Below, piece after piece: positions 1-17,004 of a stretch of 64,000 nucleotides of DNA. The notes below the pieces were generated by a model, which saw nothing but the letters and a program-made list of their open reading frames with translations, was not told the DNA's origin and did no database searches. The DNA comes from the human T2T-CHM13v2.0 reference genome, Homo sapiens, in NCBI RefSeq assembly GCF_009914755.1, contig NC_060931.1; one strand, given 5' to 3'. The position numbers were made by a program, and so were the translations under genes. Each line of letters begins with the position of its first letter. Positions within the stretch are counted from its first letter, which is position 1.

Positions 1-379
1 TTATGGTATTATTCTGATTCCTTTAATATTAAGAGACCCTTAACAGACCCCTAAAAATTACTACCCATCGGTGATAACTGCTTCTTATTCTCACTTATGG
101 GAATCCTATCCCTGCTCCCTCATAAACAAAGTAGCTACTAATAAAGAAATCTCGTAAAAGAAATACAACTTAAAACATTAAATTTAAAATGTTAGCAGCA
201 TACCATTTTAAGAAAGTACGATTAGTATCCACTTTGTTTTCAAAATTTTAAAAATAGGAAAGTTGCCCCTCCATCAACCTAATTAAACATGATTAAATAG
301 GTGACATTTTAAATAGAAGACCTAAGCCTTACAGATTTCCTACTGGGTGAAAAACTTACAAACAATAAAAAGAAATAAG

Positions 380-890
380 GTTTACTGCAGCACTATTCAC
401 AATAGCCAAGATATGGAATCAACCTAGTGTCCAACAACAGAATAATGGGTAAAGAAAATGTGGTATATATACACAATAGAATACTATTCAGCCACAAAAA
501 AAGAATGAAATCCTGTCATTCACAGCAACACAGATGGAACTAGAAGACATTAAGTGCAATAGGCTAGGACAGAAAGTTCACCACCACATCTTCACTCATG
601 TGCAGAAGCTAAAAAAAGTTGATCTCATATAAGTAAAAAGTAGAACAGAAGATTCTAGTGTTCTAGTGTTCTAAAGCACAGTAGGATGATTATAGGTAAC
701 ATAATATATAGTTTCAAACAGCAAAAAAGAGGATACTGAATGTTCCCAACAAAAAGAAATGATGTGTTTTAGATGATGGATATGCTAATTACCATGGCTT
801 GATCATTACACATTGTACACATGTATCAAAATATCACATTGTACCCCATAAATATGTACAATTAATATGTGTCAATTTAAAAAAAAAAAC
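380..890 (+). mobile_element. L1MA-like LINE-1 3' end fragment
   Basis: GCACTATTCACAATAGCCAAGATATGGAATCAACC... through ...GTACAATTAATATGTGTCAATT and an A tail. Confidence 0.85.
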
Positions 891-1593
891 TTCAGAACAC
901 ATCCAAAGTTGGCTGAAAAAAATAACTGAAAATTTTAAACTATATGGTCAATGGTAGCAAAGAGAATTTATCACTAAGAATTGTGTAAGAAAGCTCTACA
1001 CTCTTAAAATAATAGAGGTACAGTATGCATTAGTATTTTTTCTAGCTTAATTTATTTATGATACTATGGTTGTCCTTGCCAACTGTTAAGTCCCCTTGGG
1101 GTGGGTCTCTTCATCCTTTGTACGATGCCTAACAGATCAAAATGCTTAATGTTCCACTTTCTTGGCCTTAAGAATTCTTTGCTTTCTATATGTTTTTCTT
1201 GTAAGCATTTTCAGATTTCTCATGTTGAATATTAGAAGAAAGTTCATGGAAATACTATAGAGAAAAATACTCAATTCTTTCTAAACATAACTTTTACAGC
1301 ATTGGTAAAGAAACTGTGGAGTCTTTAAAAACTACATTATTCCTCAACAAATGCTCTTTTAAAACATCTGGGAAAGAAACCCATTTCAGTTAACAACATA
1401 AAAGGAAGGACAAACTCTAACACCGTTTATTTAATATATGTGGTGTATGAACTTATTTAATGACCAAAAAAGGAAAAATTATTATTTAGTAAGTTTTGGG
1501 ATAATAAAACAGAGGTTTGCCAAATAAAAGAGAGAAACAGGAATGCTTTAATGATTCCCATATCCTTGACAAAAAATTGTATCTTTGTTCTGT

Positions 1594-1900
1594 AGCTGGG
1601 CTCAGTGGCTCACGCCTGTAATCCCAGCACTTTGGGAGGCCAAGAAGGGTGGATCACCTGAAGTCAGGAGTTCGAAATCAGCCTGGCCAACATGGTGAAA
1701 CCCCACCTCTACTAAAAATACAAAAATTAGCTGGGTGTGGTGGTGCATGCCTGTAATCTCAGCTACTCAGGAGGCTGAGGCAAGAGAATCGCTTGAATCT
1801 AGGAGAAGGAGGTTGCAGTGAGCCAAGATCATATACCACTGCACTCTAGCCTGGGTGAGAAAGGGAGGCTCTGTCTTAAAAAAAAAAAAAAAAAAAAAAA
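1594..1900 (+). mobile_element. AluS
   Basis: Full dimeric Alu with A tail and degenerate AAAATTGTA flanking repeat. Confidence 0.95.
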
Positions 1901-2316
1901 TTGTAATTTGCTCCTCTAACAAGTCTTTTAATACTTAAAAAGGTTTATAATCTAAGATGAAATTCAGCCTACTGAATTTAGTTATACAAAATATATACAT
2001 ATATAGATACAGATATGTGCTAATGAGCTGTACCTTTTTCCCATGAAAATTGCAACCAAACAGTATTTAAAAACTAACAACACTGACTACAGGCAATTTC
2101 CCTCCTAGAGGATTCAGGTAGCACATGTGTTCTCATCAAGTTGATTTGAAACACTAAATTTTTCCTATTACTAATAACAGTGAGTTGGGTTTGAGAGATG
2201 AACCTTCCTGTTGAAAACAACTTAGTAATTTGTATAAAGTATTTTAAAACATCTTTTCAAAAGAACTGAAAAATTACAAGATAGTAAGAAATTACCAAGT
2301 AAAAACTAAAAAGAGA

Positions 2317-3480
<1,164 letters not shown>

Positions 3481-3779
3481 CTAGAACCTATGTTTTAAAA
3501 GATTCTCAGGGTGACCAAGATAGAAATAAAGCTGAGGGCCACACAACAAGGGCCATCTAATCTGAGATTCTCCTCACAATAAACTGGAATCCTAAAGGGG
3601 CACATCCTCACAGTGAGAATGACATGAACTAGATTATGGTCTAACATCACACTGCTTTTCTCAAACTTCAAACTTGGGTCTGTAATCATCCCCTGGACTA
3701 GAATACTCCCAAGTTTCGGTCAGACACAAGTGCACACTGTCTAAGTACCTACGCTGTGGACTTAAAATCAGTCTTATAA

Positions 3780-4570
3780 ATAATTCTTCAAATGCAATAT
3801 CCAGGCCCCAGTCAAGGATAGTGGAGTATGCAAGAAATGTAGGAATAAGAAGCAGCAGAAAGGAAAAGGGGTCAGGAAAGAACCTTAGAAAGTGGATTAT
3901 CAGATGCAGATTCTATGTGTTTTCTGTGACAGAAGAAATAAAATGACAGGTTGGAAACATTTAGCAGAGAACTAAACACTATAAATAGTAACAGATTTCT
4001 AAAAGAAAAAATAGAGACTCTAGAACTAAAAATAAAATATAACTCCAACTAAGAACTGAATGGAAAGGTTTAACAGATTAGATTCACCTTCAGAGATAAT
4101 AAATAATGGAAAGACAAAAGACAAGTCTAGAGATATGCTGGAAGTAGTTTGAATAAGCTTTCAAGAACCAATTATGTGTAGCTCTTCCTAATTCTGCATC
4201 AGTAAAGTCAAATTGGTTGCCTGAAACTACCCTTGATAAGGATATTTATACTATGGAAATCAACAAATGCTACAAATCAGGGCTTCTTTTTCCCCGGAGA
4301 GCCATTTCACCAGCACACACTTGGAAGTTACCATACAGAATTTGGGACAGGGAGACAAAAAAAAAAAAAAAAAAAGTAAGTAGGGAGGAGAGCATAAGAA
4401 ATGTAAAGGGTATAAAAGAGGGCCCAAAACGTCTTTAATTAAAGTTTCAAAAACTGAATAGAGAAAAGAAACACTTTATCAGTTAGTGGCTTTTTCCAGA
4501 ACTAATTACCAAATCATAGATTTAAGAAGCCAAATGAATGCATTGCAGGATAAATAAAAAGAAATCTGCA
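3780..4570 (+). mobile_element. Ancient L1M ORF1-region fragment
   Basis: A-rich degenerate coiled-coil-region sequence (AATGGAAAGGTTTAACAGATTAGA; TTTTTCCAGAACTAAT...AGGATAAATAAAAAGAAATC). Confidence 0.55.
4130..4323 (+). mobile_element. MER63-like hAT DNA transposon relic
   Basis: TGCTGG...GGAAATCAACAAATGCTACAAATCAGGGCTT...CCCCGGAGAGCC...CCAGCACAC, with degenerate terminal inverted repeats. Confidence 0.65.
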
Positions 4571-4679
4571 ATGAAGTAAGACTGACTTCTATATCATTAG
4601 AGTAGCCTATGTGTTTTTAAATCTATGAGTTTTTCCCTTTATCTCCAAAAATTATAAATGCTACCAGAATTGAGACAGA

Positions 4680-5760
<1,081 letters not shown>

Positions 5761-6906
5761 ACAGTCCATGGCTGAATTTATAGTACTAAGCAGGCAGTAC
5801 AACCAAGTTGGGCTGATTTAAAATCTATTATTCCTTTCTTCTCATATTATGAGAATTCATTCCTACATCAACAGGAACATTCTGTAGTTTGTCTTTTAAC
5901 AGAAAATAAATGATAACCTGAAAACCCAAAAGCACACTCCTTTTAAGGTTCTTCTTAACACCACATCTACTGCTACATCACATCCCTGGAATGTAATATC
6001 CTAACACCTTCTTTTCATTCTCTTCCATATTGCACATTGGAAATTTAGTCTCTGAATAGATGTATAAAAAATAGTGTGGAACGTGCGGGTTTGGAAGAGT
6101 TGGGAGAGAGAAAAATCTCTAAGGAGGTTAATGGGCTTTTAATATGTAATAAAATACATAATATGAACGAAATAGTGCAAGTTCCCATAGTCATTCATGG
6201 TAACCCATGTCTCCAAGGTATGAACAACAGGAATAGATCAAAGCCTCTTCCTACCCACTTCCCACGTTAATCTCCTGTTTTAGAAGTCAAACCATAAACA
6301 GACCACTAAGACTTTCTTAGTCTACTCCAATGTAGTAAGTAGTTAGTAGAAACAACTTTAAAACTGAGAAATTATTGATCACTACTTTTCTCAATGCCAT
6401 TATGGAACTATACGCATATTTTAATGAGAAACTGGAAGAAAGCATATCATACATGGCTAGCCTAAAGTAAATATTTTTCAATAGGTACATTTTTTAAACA
6501 AAGAAGTTGATATTGATCTCTGTTTGAACATGGTCAACTAAAATGTCATGGTGACAGGTACTATTACAGAAAGTGAAATAATCCGAATTCTTTCACAACA
6601 GAAAGATGAAAATTGAGACATAATTATTGTAAACATCTGAAAAGTATAAATGTCTATAATGATTTTATACATAATGATATAAACACTGATTTCTTCTCCA
6701 CATCACTTAAAGTTTGAACATGACATTTTAGGATGATTTTTTTTAAAGTTCTACTCTATCGAGTAAACACAGAATTTGTCATTCTAGATAATCAAGGAAA
6801 TGACAAATGCATTTCAAAAGCATTTAATTCATAGGTAGCTATAAACAGGCAAGCAAGGAAAGCCAAGGTTATTTTGAGGAGACAGCCTACCTATACAAGC
6901 TGATAG

Positions 6907-7230
6907 TTTGTTTTTTGGGGTTTTTTGTTTGTTTGTTTTTGAGACACAGTCTTGCTCTGTCGCCCAGGCTGGAGTGCAATGGCACGATCTTGGCTCACTG
7001 CAACCTCTGCCTCCCAAATTCTAGTGATCTTGTGCCTCAGCCTCCTGAATAGCTGGGTTTACAGGTGCCCACCGCCACGCCTGGCTAATTTTTGTAGAGA
7101 TGGGGTTTTTAGTAGAGATGGGGTTTCACCATGTTGGCCAGGCTGGTCTCAAATTCCTGACCTCAAGTGATCTGCCAGCTTCGGCCTCCCAAAGTGCTAG
7201 GATTACAGGCATGAACCACCATGCCCAGCC
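6907..7230 (-). mobile_element. Alu (S-type)
   Basis: Reverse-complement dimeric Alu with a (GTTT)n tail. Confidence 0.95.
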
Positions 7231-7423
7231 ACCAACTGATACTCTTGAGAACAATTATCAGAATCGTTAACTCCTCAAATGTGGAAAATAACTTCAAATT
7301 AAGAAAAGTCATATAGTTGTGTTTTTTTTCCTTTTTACATATCATAATGATCATTTCATTAGTAAAGTAACCCTGAGCTCACTATTTTTAACATAACTAT
7401 GCTCCCAAAAACATTTAGTAGTT

Positions 7424-7741
<318 letters not shown>

Positions 7742-7759
7742 TCAGTAAGTAGTTCAAAT

Positions 7760-7890
7760 TTAGTACCTTTACTATGTGCCAGGTACTGTTTTAAGTGCTT
7801 TACACATACTAACTCATTTCTCTGAAGAAGTACTATTATCACCATTTTAAAGATTGGAAACTAGGGGACACAAAAGTCAAGAATTTGCCA
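7760..7890 (-). mobile_element. MIR fragment
   Basis: TACTATGTGCCAGGTACTGTTTTAAGTGCTTTACA core. Confidence 0.75.
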
Positions 7891-7894
7891 AAGT

Positions 7895-8760
7895 TTTTAT
7901 TCTTGCTGCATAAGAAAGTCACCAAAATGCAACTTGAAAAAACAGTTTTATCATACGCATGAATTCTGTGGGTCAGTAATTTAGAGCAAACACAAAGGTA
8001 AGGAACAATGTTTGAGGTCACAACTGAAAAGACACAACAATTAGGGATGACTCAATGGGACCGGAATCATTTGAGGAAATCACTTACATGTGCGATTGTT
8101 GATGCTACTGTCGGCTAGAATCTAAACTGGAGCTGTCAACTAGGGCAGCAGTCTCCATCCATTTTGACACTGGGACCAGTTTCAAGAAAGGTAATTTTTT
8201 TTCCACAGAGGAGGCAGGGGGATGGTTTTGGGATAAAACCTTCCACCTCAGATCATCAGGCATTAGATTCTCATAAGGAGCACTCAAACTACATCCCTCA
8301 TATGCACAGCTCACAACAGGGTTCGCACTCCTATAAGAATTCAATATAGCTGCTGATCTAACAGGAGGCAGAGCTCACCTCCTGCTGTGCGGCCGGGAGT
8401 GGGTGAATGGGATTGGGGACCCCTGAACTAGGGTCCTACATATAGCCTTTCTCTGTAGCCTGAGCTTTCTTCACAGCATTGCAGCTTCAGAATAGCCAAG
8501 CATCATACATGGCAGCACAGAGATCCAAAAGCAAGTGTCCCAGAAAACAAGGTGAAGGCTGCACTGCCTTTTCTGACTTAGCCTCAGTCATCGTGCATTA
8601 CTTTCACCATATTCTATTGGTCATAATCTAGTTGTGGCTAGTCGTGAGCCAGTGCAAATTCAAGAGGAAAGGATAGAGACCCCTCTTCTCAATGAAGGCT
8701 ATAAAGAGCAAGGGGTTGAAAGTGGAAAATAACATGTCTGGAAAGTACAAGACGCCACCA
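7895..8760 (-). mobile_element. MLT1-type (ERVL-MaLR) LTR, interrupted by MER1B
   Basis: TCTGTGGGTCAG..ATTTAG; CCTTTTCTGACTTAGCCTCAGTCA; ATTCTATTGGTCA motifs. Confidence 0.7.
8146..8425 (+). mobile_element. MER1B hAT-Charlie MITE
   Basis: CAG..TCTCCA / GGGGACCCCTG termini, internal TTCCACCTCAGATCATCAGGCATTAGATTCTCATAAGGAGC, perfect 8-bp TSD AACTAGGG. Confidence 0.9.
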
Positions 8761-9070
8761 TCTTATAGCAAAGATTCACAGTGCATGCTCTTAACTACCA
8801 TACTTGACTGCTTGCTCAAAAAGTGGCACACTCTATAGTACATAAGAACAACACTCTTGACCAGATCTGACACTTTTGGGGTAGCCTGAAATACCATTCA
8901 GAATCTGAAATAGGCAATGGGACCCCAGAGAGACAGACTGAGCTCTGAAGAAACTTTAGACTTTATTATCTTCACATTCATCTCCCTCTGAAGCCATCAG
9001 TGAAGAGAGTGAGAGATTCTCTACCAAGAAAAACAAGGCTAGTTTTTCTAGCAGTGAAAACTAGCTCACT

Positions 9071-9250
9071 AGTTAGTGAGCAGTGGCTCACACCTGTAAT
9101 GCCAATACTTTGGGAAACCGAGGCAGAAGGATCACTTGAGCCCAGGAGTTTGAGGCTGCAGTGATTCATAATTGCACCATTATAATCCAGCAGCCTGGGC
9201 AACAGAACAAGACTCCCATCTCTTAAAAAAAAAAAAAAAAAAGGAAAAGA
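9071..9250 (+). mobile_element. Alu monomer (FRAM/FAM-like)
   Basis: Single right-arm-type monomer with A tail. Confidence 0.8.
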
Positions 9251-10323
9251 ATAAATAAAATGTGTGTCTCTTATAACCTCTCCACCATGGTCATTTCCAG
9301 TAGTGGCAAATTCCATCACAAAAATCATTGTAAATGCTCTGGAAGAGGCAAAGGGGTGCCCTATAGACATCCTACTCTCAAACTTGACTTCTCACCATCA
9401 TCTGGTGTCCAACATTACAGATCCAACCCAAATGAGATTTTAATTTCTGACGTGTCATTAAAACATCTACAACACAAGATCTACATGCTTTACATATATA
9501 TCAACAATTTTCTCATATCAGAAGGAAAGCTGCAATTCTAGGAGCAAGTTTCCAGAATCTTTTGGTTTGCGGTGGGGTGGGTAGGGAAAGTTGGGGAGCT
9601 ATTCCAAACAAATATTAATTGATTATATCACAAGTACTTAATCAAAACTTACTGCTAATTCTTCTGCTGATTTCAAATGATTTGGAAAGACTAGAGTAGA
9701 ATTGAGAGAGCTGGAGAATCAGGCTATGAAGACCCTCTCCAGTGTTAAATCTGTCAGAATCAGAGTCCTGGAACAAACCCAGACAAAAGCAAGGTACAAA
9801 CTGTCTCACCAAATTAACACCACAACCTTCATTAGCAGCCAAGAAGACTGATGTTTTTTAAGTGGTAGGGTTATTAATTGGGTTGTGAACAAATACCTCC
9901 CCATTAAGAGTTCCTCCAAACACTACTGTAAACACCTCAAAGTCACCAAGAAATTTCTATAAAATCTGATTATTTGCTAAAAATAATAAATCACTATCTT
10001 TAACAAATCCTGGTTGATACAAAAAAATCAAGAATGCTTTCTATTTTGGTTTATGTACTAAAATGCACAGAAACAGGCTACACCTGTAGTTTATTTACAG
10101 AGAAACATTCTGGCAAAATTAACACAACTGGCTAAATATTACTTATTTGGAAATACTGGTTTAGTAATAATTTTAAAAAACAAAAACTGCTTTACCAGCT
10201 TAACTTTATTTGAAGACTTCCAGTCAAATTTTCATTTTGAATAAAATTTCAATTAACATAAACAACCAAACAGTAGATGAGACATTTAATGAATAAACTC
10301 TCTTCTGTTAAGACTTCCCTTAA

Positions 10324-10664
<341 letters not shown>

Positions 10665-11913
10665 GGCTTTGTTTCTTTTAATAAATTAGAGAAAGGAAAA
10701 AGGTGGGGAGCGGAATGTGACAGTCACACTTAATCCACACCAGGCTGCCATATGTCACTTTTTGTCCTTTACTGGTTCATTGACTATTCATGAATTAATA
10801 CCTGAAAAGTGTTATATTTATCTGTACAGGCACAAAGCTGTCAATTCAGTTCAAAGCATGCTTGCCTTTGTTTTCAACGAGAAAAAGGCTCTGTATATGG
10901 TACTACCCTATAATACAAGTATTTAAAAAATTGATATAGTGAGTTCCCATGTTGATACTAGCTGTGCCTTACTATTGTTTTTTAATGACTATTATATCAA
11001 AGGAAAAATGAAGCAGTCCCAGCTTTTAGAGCCTCTGGCCTCTAAGGATTTCCACTGAGGCCCCAAATCCTATTCCCTCCTATACTTTATAATCAATAGT
11101 CTTACTGTTTTCATTTCTTTTCTTCCTTTATCCATGCTTGTTTCTGGCAGTATCCTCTGCTATTAACTTACCTCATCAAAGCTACCTGAGTAGTGACCAA
11201 TGCTTCCCCAGGATGCATTAAATCAGCTCTAGCTCAGAATCTGCCCTGAAGTTTCCTATTCCCTCCCACAGTAATTGCCATGAACGATTTCATGGTTCAT
11301 TCATATTCCAACTTGTTTGCCAACATCTAGAGAAGACATTTTTTAAAAGGCATAAAAAGAGACACTCAGCTTTCATTACTATCAGACAAGAAAATAGGAA
11401 AAACAAGCTTGCCTAAGACATTTTAAAGTGCTTCCTCGATAGCTTCAAGCTTAAAACTACCATTACAAATCCACCATATTTGTCCTGAGAGAGAAAGATC
11501 AGAGGGAGAGAGTAAATATATATAAACATATACCTGCATCCTAAAAATTCTCTGAATAGCTTAAAGAATAAAAAAGGACTGTGAAATCTACACTCCCAAA
11601 TTACTGGCATTTGAAAGTTTTATGATGATAAATAAAGCAAAAAAAGTAAATGGAATTAATTTTCCCTACATGTATTTGACAAAAATTGACATTAAAGTTC
11701 AAAACACATGATAAAAGTTATTCAATAGTTAGTGATTGAGGCAAAAGACCTAATCCAAAAAGAAAATAGTGTTTTATAAATAGTTCCAACATATCATGCA
11801 TTCTTCCATGTTTTATTTCAACATATCTTTTGAGCATCCCAAAACCTAAAAAAAAAAAAAATTCTTTGTAATTCAAGAAGGTGGCTGAAACCTGTACTTC
11901 CATTAACAGGCAG

Positions 11914-12268
11914 TGATATGGTTTGGCTGTGTCCCCACCCAAATCTCATCTTGAATTCTATCTCCCAGAATTGCCATGTGTTGTGGGAGGGACCCAGAGG
12001 GAGGTAACTGAATCATGGGGGCCAGTCTTTGCTGTGCTATTCTCTTGATAGTGAATAAGTCTCACGAGCTCTGATGGGTTTATCAGGGGTTTCCGCTTTT
12101 GCTTCTTCCTCATTTTTCTCTTGCCATCACCATGTAAGAAGTGCCTTTCACCTCCCGCCATGATTCTGAGGTCTCCCCAGCCATGTGGAACTGTAAGTCC
12201 AATTAAACCTCTTTTTGTTCCAAGTTTTGGGTATGTCTTTATCAGCAGCATGAAAACAAACTAATACG
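11914..12268 (+). mobile_element. THE1A solo LTR
   Basis: TGATATGGTTTGGCTGTGTCCCCACCCAAATCTC...CTAATAC; GGGGTTTCCGCTTTTGCTTCTTCC diagnostic; TSD GGCAG/GACAG. Confidence 0.9.
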
Positions 12269-12599
12269 GACAGGAGTATGAAGCAGAAGGAGCCTTGATA
12301 TATCAGAGCTCCACTATGACATAAGACTAAGTCATCAAATTCCTAAAGTAATTAATGTATGCAATTAATGCTTATGCCTCAGAAAACAAAAGATTCAAAT
12401 ACAACTTGAATATTTTTATGATAAAAAACTTTCATTGAAGAGATTTTTTCCATATTATTAATAGTATATAGTTGTTTTATAGTTAAGTATTATGTACCCT
12501 CAGAAGCCCCTGTTTGTTTCTTCTGTATTCCATAACTTTATCAAATGTATCACTATTTGCTCAGTCTTCCAGGATTAAAAACCTCTTTATCACACTTTC

Positions 12600-13085
12600 T
12601 TCATTAGTCAGGATCAGGTTCAGCTGCATGCAGCCACATAAGACAAGAACAAAAACAGACAAAAGCAATGGCTTATACAAGATAGAAAGTGAATGTATCC
12701 TCATAAAAAAAAAATAGTCCAGATATAGTCAGTCCAGTGTATAGTTTCATAACGTCAGGGGCTCTTTCCATCTTAATGACCTGTCATTCTCAAAATGCAC
12801 CTTCCACTTCCAGGCCCAAAATGGCTGTTTGAGCTCCTGCCATCAAATGTACATAATAGCCAGTAGGAAAGAGGTAAAGCAGGGCTCAGTCCTTTCAATA
12901 ATACTTTCTAGAATTTTCACAATGCTTCAACTTTCACTAATCTTAATATAGTGATATGGCTACATCTTGCTACAAAAAGAACTTAAAAATGTAATCTTTT
13001 TTTTCACAGAGCAACAATGTGCCCAGCTACAAATTACGATTCTATCACACAAAAAAGAAGAAAAGGGAAGCTGAGATTGGCTCAC
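12600..13085 (-). mobile_element. MLT1-type LTR
   Basis: TTAGTCAGGATCAGGTTCAGCTGC...CAATGGCTTATACAAGATAGAAAGT; CAAAATGGCTG...GCTCC. Confidence 0.65.
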
Positions 13086-13549
13086 AGTCTGTGTTATTTC
13101 TCTCTAACCCCACGTATTTAAATCTTCTCAGTTCATCATAATTTAACTAAACCAACCCAATAAGAAGTTATATTCACACAACCATCACCTTTGCCTGGAT
13201 AATAGCATCCTAACTGAGCTCCTTGACCCAGATAGAAATGAGTGATTCCATTTGAGCACAGAAACTCAGGAACAATACAAACTGCCTTAAGCATGGAAAG
13301 AGTCATGTGAGTGGGAAGCACCATGCCTTCTCCTTCAGGCTCATATAGGCTGTATTAGCAAAGGAGGAACTCTCCATTCAACCATGTAAATGTATTAAGG
13401 CAAGGCAGAGACTGACTGTAATCTGGTATGTGTGTGTTTGTGGAGAATCTTGCTGGCATTCAGTGGTCAGAAATGAGGGGTCTCACAGGGCAGGAAATCA
13501 GTCCCTGTGTCAAAAAAACACTTCTCAGCAGGCAGAATGTTTGGCTAGA

Positions 13550-14870
13550 ATTTTTTTTTTAACTGTCAACCCAGAAGTCTACGCCCAGCCACAAATACCT
13601 TCAAAAAATGAAGGCAAAATAAATACTTTCCAGACAAACAAAAGCTCAGAGAATTCACTGAAAGCAGACTTGTACTATGAGAAATGTGGATAAATGTTAA
13701 AAGGCATATTTTCTCATTTTTAAGCTCTTTAAAAGTTAATGACTAAAGCAAACCTGGTAATGTATTATGGGGTTTATAACACATAGTAATAAAATATGTG
13801 ACAAATAGCACAAGGGACAGGGGGTTAGAATGGAAGTATGTTGTTGTAAGGTTCTTGTATGAAATAGTGTATTACTTAAATGTAATGGCATATTACTTAA
13901 ATGTAGACTATGATAAGCTTAGAGACATATAACCCTAGAGTAATCACTAAAAATAAAACAAAAGGCACAGCTTATAAACCAATAATGGAGATAAAATGAA
14001 ATCACTAAAAATACTAATTCAAAAGGTTTTTAAAAACTGAAAAGAGAAACAAAGACAGATGGGACACATAGAAAACAAAGATGAAGATGGTAGACTTAAA
14101 CCTGAACATATTGATAATTAAATGTAAATTGTCTGCAAGAATGGCCATAATCAAAAAATAAAATAATAATAATAGATGTTGGTGTGGATGCAGTGAAAAG
14201 GGAACACTTTTACACTGTTGGTGGGAATGTAAATTAGTACAACCACTATGAAAAACAGTGTGAAGATTCCTTAAAGAACTAAAAGCAACCTACCATTTGA
14301 TCCACAATCCCACTACTAGGTATCTACCCAGAGGAAAAGAGGTCCTTATACAAAAAAGATACTTGCACAAACATAGTTTATATTATAACAGCACAATTTG
14401 CAATTGCAAAACTATGGAACCAGCCCAAATGCCGATCAACGAGTGGATAAAGAAAATGTGGTATATACATATATATGTATGTACAGACACACATATATAT
14501 ACACACACACACATATATACACACACACACATATATGTATATACACACATACATATATACACCATGGAATACTACTCAGCCATAAAAATGAATGAAATAA
14601 TTGCATTCGCAGCAACCTGGATGGAACTGAAGACTATTATTCTAAGTGAAGTAACTCAGGAACGGAAAACCAAACATTGTATGTTCTCACTCATATGTGG
14701 GAGCTAAGTTATGAGGATGCAAAGGCACCTGTTCCCAAAAACCTATTGAAATAGAAAAATAAATTAAAAAAAAATAATGTAAATTGTCTAAACACTATGA
14801 CTAAAAGGCAGAGATTGTCCTAATGAATAAAGGGGGAAAAAAGCAAGACTCATTGATACACTGCCTGTAA
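13550..14870 (+). mobile_element. Old L1M ORF1/ORF2-junction fragment, hosting a nested L1
   Basis: ACTGTCAACCCAGAA..TTCAAAAAATGAAGGCAAAATAAATACTTTCCAGAC; resumes at AAAGGCAGAGATTGTC. Confidence 0.75.
14135..14776 (+). mobile_element. 5'-truncated L1PB-like 3' end with (CA/TA)n expansion
   Basis: L1 ORF2 C-terminal sequence (TMEYYSAIK..NEI..FAATWMEL); TSD AATGTAAATTGTCT on both sides. Confidence 0.85.
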
Positions 14871-15005
14871 GAATTAGTTGGTCTAACACAGACTAATGTC
14901 TCTCAGATCTACAAACATATGGAATATCCTCTTCCCTATAACTGGAAAATTAATGGACAGTGCAAGAAGGAGGGCCCTACAAGAGAATCAAGAAATTCAT
15001 CATCA

Positions 15006-15658
<653 letters not shown>

Positions 15659-15741
15659 CTAGTAGCTCTAACATATAGTCTGCTGAGGAGACAAACTCTG
15701 GGTGAATTTAAGCCTCCCAGTCACATAAAAAATTACACTAG

Positions 15742-16290
15742 ACCTCAGCAAGATGGCAGAATAAGAGGACACCTGCTCTATCCTCTGACAAGAATTCTGC
15801 ATCCATCCACAGAAAAAAGTCTCTCTGTGAGAACCTCAGGATTCAGGTAGGCAGTTATGAAACCAAGGTAGAGCCCAAGACCTAGGAAGGCTATTCTGAA
15901 AGTGTAGGTCAGCACTCAGGTAGCAGACCTGCTGACTGTGCTCCCGGGTTCAAACTCAGAAACAGCCCCATTCCCAAAGGGTTTGGCTACAGCCGTTTGG
16001 CCCAGAGCCTGCAACCAAAATCATCTGCCCAGGTGTCCAGGAGGAATCGCACCCACTTGTGCCTCAGCAAAGGCTCATCTGCATACCAACATCAGTCTCA
16101 GCAGTGGACCTGGAAGTTACCCTGTAACTTGGTTCAAGCTCCCCTCAGCTGTGGCCCCCAGCTTAGTATGGTTCACACAAAGACCCAGAGAGAGATAACC
16201 CCCATATCTCACAGCCTGGGAATTATCCAACCATCTGATCCTCTGTGATGGGCCTGCTAGCCTCTGTCCCACATTTGATCCTGAGAGAAA
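15742..16290 (+). mobile_element. Old L1M 5' UTR fragment
   Basis: Starts GCAAGATGGCAGAATA (L1 5' YY1-type start), followed by GC-richer UTR-like sequence. Confidence 0.55.
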
Positions 16291-16341
16291 TTTATAATCA
16301 CCAAGTTAATAAAAGTTCCTTTTAAAAATCAAACTTTCCTG

Positions 16342-16657
16342 GGCCAGGCGCAGTGGCTCATGCCTGTAATCCCAACACTCTAAGAGGCCGAGGCAGGCAG
16401 ATCACTTAAGACCAGGAGTTCAAGACCAGCCTACGCAACATGGTGAAGCCATGTATCTACAAAAAATACAAATCTTAGCCGGGCACGATGGCAGCGCCTG
16501 TGGTCTCAGCTACTTGGGAGGCTGAGCTGGGAAGATCGATTGAGCCCAGGAGGTCAAGGCTACAGCAAGCCATGATCTCGTCACTGCACTACAGCCTAGG
16601 CAACACAGCAAGACCCTGTCTTAAAAAACAAAACAACAACAACAACAACAAAAAAAC
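16342..16657 (+). mobile_element. AluJ
   Basis: Dimeric Alu with (CAA)n tail. Confidence 0.92.
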
Positions 16658-17004
16658 CACCTTCCCCAGCAGAAAGGACAGTGGACAGAAAGGGGCACAA
16701 GTGCAACTTCTGGCTATTAGAAATGTTCTCATTTCATGATGTACAGATGTGTATTTTTCAGTATTCATGTAATACTTCAATAAAAAGCTCAAACCAAAAT
16801 AAACAACAAATCAAACATTTACCAACAGAAAAAAGAGTCATGAGTATGACTAGGCAATTCACAAGATAGGAAATCCAAAGATCCAAAGGACCAATAAACT
16901 TTGTAAAGATGCCCCACCCCTCCCAAACCCCTTTCCCTATATCCTCAGAAATGCATGTCCATCATTCCCAACTACTCAACCTCTTTTCTGAAGGTTCCTG
17001 CTTG

